DNA from: Nemertoderma westbladi
Lineage: Eukaryota > Animalia > Xenacoelomorpha
NCBI GenBank assembly: GCA_032718475.1
Contig: JAUCBJ010004433.1
Location: 1-43,640, forward strand
Length of the DNA: 43,640 nucleotides
Direction of reading: 5' to 3'
Under the pieces are notes generated by a model that worked only from the letters and a program-made list of their open reading frames with translations, made no database searches and had not been told where the DNA came from. Both the position numbers and the translations under genes were made by a program. Below, piece by piece: positions 22,986-35,332 of the stretch (positions are counted from its first letter, which is position 1; each line of letters opens with the position of its first letter).

Positions 22986-25900
22986 TAAAGCGTGCCAAGA
23001 TCGCTGGGTAAACCGTGCCAAGATCGCTGGGTAAACCGTGCCGAGATCGCTGGGTAAACCGTGCCGAGATCGCTGGGTAAACCGTGCCGGGATCGCTGTA
23101 AACCGTGCCAAGATCGCTGGGTAAACCGTGCCAAGATCGCTGGGTAAACCGTGCCAAGATCGCTGGGTAAACCGTGCCAAGATCGCTGGGTAAACCGTGC
23201 CAAGATCGCTGGGTAAACCGTGCCAAGGTCGCTGGGTAAACCGTGCCCAGATCGCTGGGTAAATCGTGCCAAGATCGCTGGGTAAACCGTGCCAAGATCG
23301 CTGGGTAAACCGTGATAAGATCGCTGGGTAAACCGTGCCACGATCGCTGGGTAAACCGTGCCGAGATTGCTGGGTAAACCGTGATAAGATCGCTGGGTAA
23401 ATCGTGCCGAGATCGCTGGGTAAACCGTGCCAAGATCGCTGGGTAAATCGTACCGGGATCGCTGTAAACCGTGCCCAGATCGCTGGGTAGACCGTGCCAA
23501 GATCGCTGGGTAAACCGTGCCGAGATCGCTGGGTAAACCGTGCCGAGATTGCTGGGTAAACCGTGCAAGGGATCGCTGTAAACCGTGCCCAGATCGCTGG
23601 GTAAACCGTGCCAAGATCGCTGGGTAAACCGTGCCAAGATCGCTGGGTAAACCGTGCCAAGATCGCTGGGTAAACCGTGATAAGATCGCTGGGTAAACCG
23701 TGCCCAGATCGCTGGGTAGACCGTGCCAAGATCGCTGGGTAAACCGTGCCGAGATCGCTGGGTAAACCGTGCCGAGATTGCTGGGTAAACCGTGCAAGGG
23801 ATCGCTGTAAACCGTGCCCAGATCGCTGGGTAAATCGTGCCAAGATCGCTGGGTAAACCGTGCCGAGATCGCTGGGTAAACCGTGCCCAGATCGCTGGGT
23901 AAATCGTGCCGGGATCGCTGTAAACCGTGCCGGGATCGCTGTAAACCGTGCCAAGATCGCTGGGTAAACCCTGCCAAGATCGCTGGGTAAACCGTGCCGA
24001 GATCGCTGGGTAGACCGTGCCGAGATCGCTGGGTAGACCGTGCCAAGATCGCTGGGTAAACCCTGCCAAGATCGCTGGGTAAACCGTGCCCAGATCGCTG
24101 GGTAGACCGTGCCAAGATCGCTGGGTAAACCGTGCCGAGATCGCTGGGTAAACCGTGCCGAGATTGCTGGGTAAACCGTGCAAGGGATCGCTGTAAACCG
24201 TGCCCAGATCGCTGGGTAAATCGTGCCAAGATCGCTGGGTAAACCGTGCCGAGATCGCTGGGTAAACCGTGCCCAGATCGCTGGGTAAATCGTGCCGGGA
24301 TCGCTGTAAACCGTGCCGGGATCGCTGTAAATCGTGCCAAGATCGCTGTGTAAACCGTGCCGAGATCGCTGGGTAAACCGTGCCAAGATCGCTGGGTAAA
24401 CCGTGCCAAGATCGCTGGGTAAACCGTGATAAGATCGCTGGGTAAACCGTGATAAGATCGCTGGGTAAACCGTGCCCAGATCGCTGGGTAGACCGTGCCA
24501 AGATCGCTGGGTAAACCGTGCCGAGATCGCTGGGTAAACCGTGCCGAGATTGCTGGGTAAACCGTGCAAGGGATCGCTGTAAACCGTGCCCAGATCGCTG
24601 GGTAAATCGTGCCAAGATCGCTGGGTAAACCGTGCCGAGATCGCTGGGTAAACCGTGCCCAGATCGCTGGGTAAATCGTGCAAGGGATCGCTGTAAACCG
24701 TGCCGGGATCGCTGGGTAAACCCTGCCAAGATCGCTGGGTAAACCGTGCCGAGATCGCTGGGTAGACCGTGCCGAGATCGCTGGGTAGACCGTGCCAAGA
24801 TCGCTGGGTAAACCCTGCCAAGATTGCTGGGTAAACCGTGCAAGGGATCGCTGTAAACCGTGCCCAGATCGCTGGGTAAATCGTGCCAAGATCGCTGGGT
24901 AAACCGTGCCAAGATCGCTGTGTAAACCGTGCCAAGATCGCTGGGTAAACCGTGCCGAGATCGCTGGGTAAACCGTGCCAAGATCGCTGGGTAAACCGTG
25001 CCAAGATCGCTGGGTAAACCGTGCCAAGATCGCTGTGTAAACCGTGCCAAGATCGCTGGGTAAACCGTGCCGAGATCGCTGGGTAAACCGTGCCAAGATC
25101 GCTGTAAACCGTGCCAAGATCGCTGGGTAAACCCTGCCAAGATCGCTGGGTAAACCGTGCCGAGATCGCTGGGTAGACCGTGCCAAGATCGCTGGGAAAA
25201 CCGTGCCGAGATCGCTGGGTAAACCGTGCCAAGATCGCTGTAAACCGTGCCAAGATCGCTGGGTAAACCCTGCCAAGATCGCTGGGTAAACCGTGCCGAG
25301 ATCGCTGGGTAAACCGTGCCAAGATCGCTGTAAACCGTGCCAAGATCGCTGGGTAAACCCTGCCAAGATCGCTGGGTAAACCGTGCCGAGATCGCTGGGT
25401 AAACCGTGCCAAGATCGCTGTGTAAACCGTGCCAAGATCGCTGGGTAAACCGTGCCGAGATCGCTGGGTAAACCGTGCCAAGATCGCTGTAAACCGTGCC
25501 AAGATCGCTGGGTAAACCCTGCCAAGATCGCTGGGTAAACCGTGCCGAGATCGCTGGGTAGACCGTGATAAGATCGCTGGGTAAACCGTGCCGAGATCGC
25601 TGGGTAGACCGTGCCAAGATCGCTGGGTAAACCGTGATAAGATCGCTGGGTAAACCGTGCCGAGATCGCTGGGTAGACCGTGCCAAGATCGCTGGGTAAA
25701 CCGTGCCGAGATCGCTGGGTAAACCGTGCCGAGATTGCTGGGTAAACCGTGCAAGGGATCGCTGGGTAAACCGTGCCAAGATCGCTGGGTAAACCGTGCC
25801 GAGATCGCTGGGTAGACCGTGCCAAGATCGCTGGGTAAACCGTGCCGAGATCGCTGGGTAAACCGTGCCGAGATTGCTGGGTAAACCGTGCAAGGGATCG

Positions 25901-28900
25901 CTGTAAACCGTGCCCAGATCGCTGGGTAAATCGTGCCAAGATCGCTGGGTAAACCGTGCCGAGATCGCTGGGTAAACCGTGCCAAGATCGCTGGGTAAAC
26001 CGTGCCGAGATCGCTGGGTAAACCGTGCCAAGATCGCTGGGTAAACCGTGCCAAGATCGCTGGGTAAACCGTGATAAGATCGCTGGGTAAACCGTGCCCA
26101 GATCGCTGGGTAGACCGTGCCAAGATCGCTGGGTAAACCGTGCCGAGATCGCTGGGTAAACCGTGCCGAGATTGCTGGGTAAACCGTGCAAGGGATCGCT
26201 GTAAACCGTGCCCAGATCGCTGGGTAAATCGTGCCAAGATCGCTGGGTAAACCGTGCCGAGATCGCTGGGTAAACCGTGCCCAGATCGCTGGGTAAATCG
26301 TGCCGGGATCGCTGTAAACCGTGCCGGGATCGCTGTAAACCGTGCCAAGATCGCTGGGTAAACCCTGCCAAGATCGCTGGGTAAACCGTGCCGAGATCGC
26401 TGGGTAGACCGTGCCGAGATCGCTGGGTAGACCGTGCCAAGATCGCTGGGTAAACCCTGCCAAGATCGCTGGGTAAACCGTGCCCAGATCGCTGGGTAGA
26501 CCGTGCCAAGATCGCTGGGTAAACCGTGCCGAGATCGCTGGGTAAACCGTGCCGAGATTGCTGGGTAAACCGTGCAAGGGATCGCTGTAAACCGTGCCCA
26601 GATCGCTGGGTAAATCGTGCCAAGATCGCTGGGTAAACCGTGCCGAGATCGCTGGGTAAACCGTGCCCAGATCGCTGGGTAAATCGTGCCGGGATCGCTG
26701 TAAACCGTGCCGGGATCGCTGTAAATCGTGCCAAGATCGCTGTGTAAACCGTGCCGAGATCGCTGGGTAAACCGTGCCAAGATCGCTGGGTAAACCGTGC
26801 CAAGATCGCTGGGTAAACCGTGATAAGATCGCTGGGTAAACCGTGATAAGATCGCTGGGTAAACCGTGCCCAGATCGCTGGGTAGACCGTGCCAAGATCG
26901 CTGGGTAAACCGTGCCGAGATCGCTGGGTAAACCGTGCCGAGATTGCTGGGTAAACCGTGCAAGGGATCGCTGTAAACCGTGCCCAGATCGCTGGGTAAA
27001 TCGTGCCAAGATCGCTGGGTAAACCGTGCCGAGATCGCTGGGTAAACCGTGCCCAGATCGCTGGGTAAATCGTGCAAGGGATCGCTGTAAACCGTGCCGG
27101 GATCGCTGTAAACCGTGCCAAGATCGCTGGGTAAACCCTGCCAAGATCGCTGGGTAAACCGTGCCGAGATCGCTGGGTAAACCGTGCCGAGATCGCTGGG
27201 TAAACCGTGCCAAGATCGCTGGGTAAACCCTGCCAAGATCGCTGGGTAAACCGTGCAAGGGATCGCTGTAAACCGTGCCCAGATCGCTGGGTAAACCGTG
27301 CCAAGATCGCTGGGTAAACCGTGCCAAGATCGCTGGGTAAACCGTGCCAAGATCGCTGGGTAAACCGTGCCGAGATCGCTGGGTAAACCGTGCCAAGATC
27401 GCTGGGTAAACCGTGCCAAGATCGCTGGGTAAACCGTGCCAAGATCGCTGGGTAAACCGTGCCAAGATCGCTGGGTAAACCGTGCCGAGATCGCTGGGTA
27501 AACCGTGCCAAGATCGCTGTAAACCGTGCCAAGATCGCTGGGTAAACCCTGCCAAGATCGCTGGGTAAACCGTGCCGAGATCGCTGGGTAAACCGTGCCA
27601 AGATCGCTGGGTAAACCGTGCCGAGATCGCTGGGTAAACCGTGCCGAGATCGCTGGGTAAACCGTGCCAAGATCGCTGGGTAAACCGTGCCAAGATCGCT
27701 GGGTAAACCGTGCCAAGATCGCTGGGTAAACCGTGCCAAGATCGCTGGGTAAACCGTGCCAAGATCGCTGGGTAAACCGTGCCGAGATCGCTGGGTAAAC
27801 CGTGCCAAGATCGCTGGGTAAACCGTGCCAAGATCGCTGGGTAAACCGTGCCGAGATCGCTGGGTAAACCGTGCCAAGATCGCTGTAAACCGTGCCAAGA
27901 TCGCTGGGTAAACCCTGCCAAGATCGCTGGGTAAACCGTGCCGAGATCGCTGGGTAAACCGTGATAAGATCGCTGGGTAAACCGTGCCGAGATCGCTGGG
28001 TAAACCGTGCCAAGATCGCTGGGTAAACCGTGATAAGATCGCTGGGTAAACCGTGCCGAGATCGCTGGGTAAACCGTGCCAAGATCGCTGGGTAAACCGT
28101 GCCGAGATCGCTGGGTAAACCGTGCCGAGATCGCTGGGTAAACCGTGCCAAGATCGCTGGGTAAACCGTGCCAAGATCGCTGGGTAAACCGTGCCGAGAT
28201 CGCTGGGTAAACCGTGCCAAGATCGCTGGGTAAACCGTGCCGAGATCGCTGGGTAAACCGTGCCGAGATCGCTGGGTAAACCGTGCAAGATCGCTGGGTA
28301 AACCGTGCCCAGATCGCTGGGTAAACCGTGCCAAGATCGCTGGGTAAACCGTGCCGAGATCGCTGGGTAAACCGTGCCAAGATCGCTGGGTAAACCGTGC
28401 CGAGATCGCTGGGTAAACCGTGCCAAGATCGCTGGGTAAACCGTGCCAGATCGCTGGGTAAACCGTGCCAAGATCGCTGGGTAAACCGTGCCAGAGATCG
28501 CTGGGTAAACCGTGCCGAGATCGCTGGGTAAACCGTGCCGAGATCGCTGGGTAAACCGTGCCGAGATCGCTGGGTAAACCGTGCCAAGATCGCTGGGTAA
28601 ACCGTGCCAAGATCGCTGGGTAAACCGTGCCAAGATCGCTGGGTAAACCGTGCCGAGATCGCTGGGTAAACCGTGCCAAGATCGCTGGGTAAACCGTGCC
28701 AAGATCGCTGGGTAAACCGTGCCAAGATCGCTGGGTAAACCGTGCCAAGATCGCTGGGTAAACCGTGCCAAGATCGCTGGGTAAACCGTGCCAAGATCGC
28801 TGGGTAAACCGTGCCGAGATCGCTGGGTAAACCGTGCCGAGATCGCTGGGTAAACCGTGCAAGATCGCTGGGTAAACCGTGCCGAGATCGCTGGGTAAAC

Positions 28901-31900
28901 CGTGCAAGATCGCTGGGTAAACCGTGCCGAGATCGCTGGGTAAACCGTGCAAGATCGCTGGGTAAACCGTGCCCAGATCGCTGGGTAAACCGTGCCAAGA
29001 TCGCTGGGTAAACCGTGCCGAGATCGCTGGGTAAACCGTGATAAGATCGCTGGGTAAACCGTGCCGAGATCGCTGGGTAAACCGTGCCGAGATCGCTGGG
29101 TAAACCGTGCCGAGATCGCTGGGTAAACCGTGCCGAGATCGCTGGGTAAACCGTGCAAGATCGCTGGGTAAACCGTGCCGAGATCGCTGGGTAAACCGTG
29201 CAAGGGATCGCTGTAAACCGTGCCAAGATCGCTGGGTAAACCGTGCCAGAGATCGCTGGGTAAACCGTGCCGAGATCGCTGGGTAAACCGTGCCAAGATC
29301 GCTGGGTAAACCGTGCCGAGATCGCTGGGTAAACCGTGATAAGATCGCTGGGTAAACCGTGCCGAGATCGCTGGGTAAACCGTGCCAAGATCGCTGGGTA
29401 AACCGTGCCGAGATCGCTGGGTAAACCGTGCCGAGATCGCTGGGTAAACCGTGCCAAGATCGCTGGGTAAACCGTGCCAGATCGCTGGGTAAACCGTGCC
29501 AAGATCGCTGGGTAAACCGTGCAAGATCGCTGGGTAAACCGTGCCGAGATCGCTGGGTAAACCGTGCCAAGATCGCTGGGTAAACCGTGCCAAGATCGCT
29601 GGGTAAACCGTGCCAAGATCGCTGGGTAAACCGTGCCGAGATCGCTGGGTAAACCGTGATAAGATCGCTGGGTAAACCGTGCCGAGATCGCTGGGTAAAC
29701 CGTGCCGAGATCGCTGGGTAAACCGTGCCGAGATCGCTGGGTAAACCGTGCCAAGATCGCTGGGTAAACCGTGCCGAGATCGCTGGGTAAACCGTGCCAA
29801 GATCGCTGGGTAAACCGTGCCGAGATCGCTGGGTAAACCGTGCCGAGATCGCTGGGTAAACCGTGCCGAGATCGCTGGGTAAACCGTGCCAAGATCGCTG
29901 GGTAAACCGTGCCGAGATCGCTGGGTAAACCGTGCCGAGATCGCTGGGTAAACCGTGCAAGATCGCTGGGTAAACCGTGCCAAGATCGCTGGGTAAACCG
30001 TGCCAAGATCGCTGGGTAAACCGTGCCGAGATCGCTGGGTAAACCGTGCCGAGATCGCTGGGTAAACCGTGCCGAGATCGCTGGGTAAACCGTGCCGAGA
30101 TCGCTGGGTAAACCGTGCCAAGATCGCTGGGTAAACCGTGCCGAGATCGCTGGGTAAACCGTGCCAAGATCGCTGGGTAAACCGTGCCGAGATCGCTGGG
30201 TAAACCGTGCTGAGATCGCTGGGTAAACCGTGCCGAAGATCGCTGGGTAAACCGTGCCGAGATCGCTGGGTAAACCGTGCCGAGATCGCTGGGTAAACCG
30301 TGCCAAGATCGCTGGGTAAACCGTGCCAAGATCGCTGGGTAAACCGTGATAAGATCGCTGGGTAAACCGTGCCGAGATCGCTGGGTAAACCGTGCCGAGA
30401 TCGCTGGGTAAACCGTGCCAAGATCGCTGGGTAAACCGTGCCGAGATCGCTGGGTAAACCGTGCCGAGATCGCTGGGTAAACCGTGCCGAGATCGCTGGG
30501 TAAACCGTGCCAAGATCGCTGGGTAAACCGTGCCGAGATCGCTGGGTAAACCGTGCCAAGATCGCTGGGTAAACCGTGCCAAGATCGCTGGGTAAACCGT
30601 GCAAGATCGCTGGGTAAACCGTGCCAAGATCGCTGGGTAAACCGTGCCAAGATCGCTGGGTAAACCGTGCCAAGATCGCTGGGTAAACCGTGCCAAGATC
30701 GCTGGGTAAACCGTGCCGAGATCGCTGGGTAAACCGTGATAAGATCGCTGGGTAAACCGTGCCAAGATCGCTGGGTAAACCGTGCCGAGATCGCTGGGTA
30801 AACCGTGCCGAGATCGCTGGGTAAACCGTGCAAGATCGCTGGGTAAACCGTGCCCAGATCGCTGGGTAAACCGTGCCAAGATCGCTGGGTAAACCGTGAT
30901 AAGATCGCTGGGTAAACCGTGCCGAGATCGCTGGGTAAACCGTGCCGAGATCGCTGGGTAAACCGTGCCGAGATCGCTGGGTAAACCGTGCCAGAGATCG
31001 CTGGGTAAACCGTGCCCAGATCGCTGGGTAAACCGTGCCAAGATCGCTGGGTAAACCGTGCCGAGATCGCTGGGTAAACCGTGCCAAGATCGCTGGGTAA
31101 ACCGTGCCCAGATCGCTGGGTAAACCGTGCAAGATCGCTGGGTAAACCGTGCCCAGATCGCTGGGTAAACCGTGCCAAGATCGCTGGGTAAACCGTGCCG
31201 AGATCGCTGGGTAAACCGTGCCAAGATCGCTGGGTAAACCGTGCCGAGATCGCTGGGTAAACCGTGATAAGATCGCTGGGTAAACCGTGCCGAGATCGCT
31301 GGGTAAACCGTGCCGAGATCGCTGGGTAAACCGTGCCGAGATCGCTGGGTAAACCGTGCAAGATCGCTGGGTAAACCGTGCCCAGATCGCTGGGTAAACC
31401 GTGCCAAGATCGCTGGGTAAACCGTGCCGAGATCGCTGGGTAAACCGTGCCGAGATCGCTGGGTAAACCGTGCCGAGATCGCTGGGTAAACCGTGCCAAG
31501 ATCGCTGGGTAAACCGTGCCAAGATCGCTGGGTAAACCGTGCCGAGATCGCTGGGTAAACCGTGATAAGATCGCTGGGTAAATCGTGCCGAGATCGCTGG
31601 GTAAACCGTGCCAAGATCGCTGGGTAAACCGTGCCAAGATCGCTGGGTAAACCGTGCCGAGATCGCTGGGTAAACCGTGCCGAGATCGCTGGGTAAACCG
31701 TGCCGAGATCGCTGGGTAAACCGTGCCGAGATCGCTGGGTAAACCGTGCAAGATCGCTGGGTAAACCGTGCCCAGATCGCTGGGTAAACCGTGCCAAGAT
31801 CGCTGGGTAAACCGTGCCGAGATCGCTGGGTAAACCGTGCCGAGATCGCTGGGTAAACCGTGCCGAGATCGCTGGGTAAACCGTGCCGAGATCGCTGGGT

Positions 31901-33307
31901 AAACCGTGCCGAGATCGCTGGGTAAACCGTGCCGAGATCGCTGGGTAAACCGTGCAAGGGATCGCTGTAAACCGTGCCCAGATCGCTGGGTAAATCGTGC
32001 CAAGATCGCTGGGTAAACCGTGCCGAGATCGCTGGGTAAACCGTGCCGAGATCGCTGGGTAAACCGTGCCGAGATCGCTGGGTAAACCGTGCCAAGATCG
32101 CTAGGTAAACCGTGCCGAGATCGCTGGGTAAACCGTGCCAAGATCGCTGGGTAAACCGTGCCGAGATCGCTGGGTACACCGTGCTGAGATCGCTGGGTAA
32201 ACCGTGCGGAAATCGCTGGTTAAACCGTGCCGAGATCGCTGGGTAAACCGTGCCGAGATTGCTGGGTAAACCCTGCCAAGATCGCTGGGTAAACCGTGCC
32301 AAGATCGCTGGGTAAACCGTGATAAGATCGCTGGGTAAACCGTGCCGAGATCGCTGGGTAAACCGTGCCGAGATCGCGGGGTAAACCGTGCCACGATCGC
32401 TGGGTAAACCGGGCCGAGATCGCTGGGTAAATCGTGCCAAGATCGCTGGGTAAACCGTGCCAAGATCGCTGGGTAAACCGTGCCGAGATCGCTGGGTAAA
32501 CCGTGCCGAGATCGCTGGGTAAACCGGGCCGAGATCGCTGGGTAAACCGTGTCGAGATCGCTGGGTAAACCGTGATAAGATCGCTGGGTAAACCGTGCCG
32601 AGATCGCTGGGTAAACCGGGCCGAGATCGCTGGGTAAACCGTGCCACGATCGCTGGGTAAACCGTGCCACGATCGCTGGGTAAATCGTGCCAAGATCGCT
32701 GGGTAAACCGTGCCACGATCGCTGGGTAAACCGGGCCGAGATCGCTGGGTAAACCGTGTCGAGATCGCTGGGTAAACCGTGATAAGATCGCTGGGTAAAC
32801 CGTGCCGAGATCGCTGGGTAAACCGGGCCGAGATCGCTGGGTAAACCGTGTCGAGATCGCTGGGTAAACCGTGCCGAGATCGCTGGGTAAACCGTGTCAA
32901 GATCGCTGGGTAAACCGTGCCGAGATCGCTGGGTAAACCGGGCCGAGATCGCTGGGTAAACCGTGCCACGATCGCTGGGTAAACCGTGCCGAGATCGCTG
33001 GGTAAACCGGGCCGAGATCGCTGGGTAAACCGTGTCGAGATCGCTGGGTAAACCGTGATAAGATCGCTGGGTAAACCGTGCCAAGATCGCTGGGTAAACC
33101 GTGATAAGATCGCTGGGTAAACCGTGCCGAGATCGCTGGGTAAACCCTGCCACGATCGCTGGGTAAACCGTGCCGAGATCGCTGGGAAACCGTGCCAAGA
33201 TCGCTGGGTAAACCGTGATAAGATCGCTGGGTAAATCGTGCCCAGATTGCTGGGTAAACCCTGCCAAGATCGCTGGGTAAACCGTGATAAGATCGCTGGG
33301 TAAACCG
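22986..33307. repeat. Satellite 5: 23-bp GC/CpG-rich unit, about 450 copies
   Basis: Unit TAAACCGTGCC(A/G)AGATCGCTGGG, with 21-bp and other variants. Confidence 0.98.
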
Positions 33308-33651
33308 AAAGCAAAATAAGTTGAAAAACGTTGAACTTAATATTTAACAATGTTAGCCTACTGCTACCAGTACATGTTAATATTTATATACTATTAATTT
33401 ATAATAGAAGTTATGTATTTATTTAATTATTTATTTTTCCCGACATTTAATTCCGAACTTATTTATCCGAAGGCCTACTTATGAATGTTGTTGTCTAACC
33501 CCTTATTTCCATCTTTCGTTTTCATTATCGCGTGTATTTTTTTTGGATTACCGGTATACATTCTTTCATTATTGTTGTATTTATATTTATCGTGAGGTCA
33601 TCAATATAATACCTACATATGGGGTGTCAAGTGACCAAGTTAATGACTCAC

Positions 33652-33881
33652 CAAAAATAACGTGGTGGCCATCAAGCCATGGCGCCACTACCATCATGAT
33701 TGCGAACTGGCTCGTATTAGTGTTGGGGCCATAATTGGCCATGGCCACCCAACGTGGACCATAATGTTTCAGTTTGAAATTCTCGTCAGCGAATGTTCCA
33801 TTTCCACCATAGACACTACGACCTCCGGTTCCATTGCCGATTGTATAGTCACCGCCTTGGATAACAAAGTTCTTAATAACT
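33652..33881 (-). CDS. Cyclophilin-type PPIase, exon 2 (catalytic core)
   Basis: Acceptor TTTTATTTTATAG and donor G|GTGAGT; 230 nt. Reads (R)[76 protein letters not shown](G). Not present in the supplied ORF track. Confidence 0.95.
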
Positions 33882-34430
33882 CTATAAAATAAAATGTTAT
33901 GTAAGTAAATAAGTAGATAGTAAGTACCCTATTATAAGGTATACCTTGTGCGTTGTCATAGTTACTATGTTCGTAGTGCCACGCTGTGGTTTAATATTAT
34001 CTCCATGAAATGCAATCTAATGTGTTTAGATTCATTTTGTCATTTAAATAACTTATCGTATCGAGTCGTTACGTTCGTGAGAACGGCGCAGAGTTGTGAG
34101 AGTCAGAGAGGTGGGGATCACACCTGTTCCATTGGGTCTTACCAAAGTGAGATGGCTATTAGACACCTCCCGTTAAGAGTTCGATGAAGTGGACTGTATA
34201 GGAAGGGAAGTTGAGGCGAAAACAAATTGAGATCGTTGAGAACTGCCGGAACTATTATATCATTAGAATCAGTTAGAAGTTAAAAGATATTACAGAAATT
34301 GCAGAAATACTATTTTTACAGATAAAAATGCCGCTAAAAATATAAAACCTATAACTGTTGTAAAAGTCAGGGGCTACGGCAAGCAGAGGGTGAAGGTGCA
34401 AGAAGGTGAAGAAAGTGAGAAAACAGGCCC

Positions 34431-34562
34431 TTTTATAGCCAGATATTATGCAAATCGGGATCGGAACACCCTGAATGCTGATTGGTTGTAGTTCATCCCT
34501 GATTGGTCGGAGCTACTGGTTGGCCAAACAGTTACTTTTCGATCCTATTGCACCTCTATTGG
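34431..34562 (-). promoter_or_regulatory. Pol II promoter-like module in intron 1: three CCAAT boxes, octamer, TATA
   Basis: On the minus strand: CCAAT at about 34562, 34506 and 34485, ATTTGCAT at 34455-34448, TATAAAA at 34437-34431. Confidence 0.45.
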
Positions 34563-34621
34563 CTGGCGAGGGCTGAGGTCGATGACATGGGTCATGTCCA
34601 ATGTCCATGTGACATAGAAAT

Positions 34622-34815
34622 GTATCAGCGTTTGGCAAACCAAACGTGATCCCACTGGACAATCTACACAGTTCGATCTAAAAAGCACAATTAGAAACGT
34701 ATCGGCATTGGGCAAACCAAACGTGACACCACAGGACAAACCTATACGTTTGGATCCTAATTACAAATGTCTGTGTGAGACGAAAACGTGATCCCACTGA
34801 ACAACCCTACACGAG
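34622..34815. repeat. Three diverged repeats, period about 65-77 bp
   Basis: Core AAACGTGA(T/C)(C/A)CCAC(T/A)G(G/A)ACAA at about 34642, 34719 and 34784. Confidence 0.65.
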
Positions 34816-34970
34816 ATTATTAACCTTTCGTTCACCGATACTGTAGGCTAAATCTAACTGAATGATAATGATTGTTATTAATAAATATCCGTAATAAATA
34901 TCTAACAAATCTATCTAATAAATATCTAGCACTTCGTATCTATAAATCTGGAAGATTAAAGCGTACAAAC

Positions 34971-35332
34971 CTGTGCAACTTCGTTGATTTATAGCCGTTC
35001 CCAGCATCATTACCGCTGAGGGTTACAAAATTCTTCACGGTAATTGGAACAACATCACCAAACAAACCAAACACAATCCTTTCAGTTGGGGCGCCATTTA
35101 TCGATATGTCAAAGTATACTAAATCGGTAATCTTAATTTTATTCTCATCACTAGGAGGCTCTACTGGCGGTGCTTCTCTTGTGTTATCAGATGATTGGTC
35201 ATACCCGATAAATAGCTCATGTAATAAACGAATAACCAGACCAATAAGAATCACTGCTAGAAGAGACTTACACACATTGGAGGCTGTTAATCTACCCGGC
35301 CGGCCGTTCAGGTATACCTTTTTAAAATACAT
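34971..35332 (-). CDS. Cyclophilin-type PPIase (cyclophilin B/C-like), exon 1 with hydrophobic signal/anchor
   Basis: MYFKK...SLLAVILIGLVIRLL...ITDLVYFDISINGAPTERIVFGLFGDVVPITVKNFVTL...GYKSTKLH(R); donor CAG|GTTTGT at 34971/34970. An alternative in-frame ATG is at 35380. The three exons sum to 747 nt (248 aa plus stop). Confidence 0.92.

Noticed and set aside
22839-32716. Three ORFs of about 3000 aa as real giant genes
   Set aside because: They overlap in all three frames with the same peptide, have non-ATG starts, and follow arithmetically from a stop-free 23-bp unit inside an intron.
34940-34970. ORF-track C-terminus FVRFNLPDL of the cyclophilin
   Set aside because: It is read-through into intron 1; homology continues in exon 2 at 33881.
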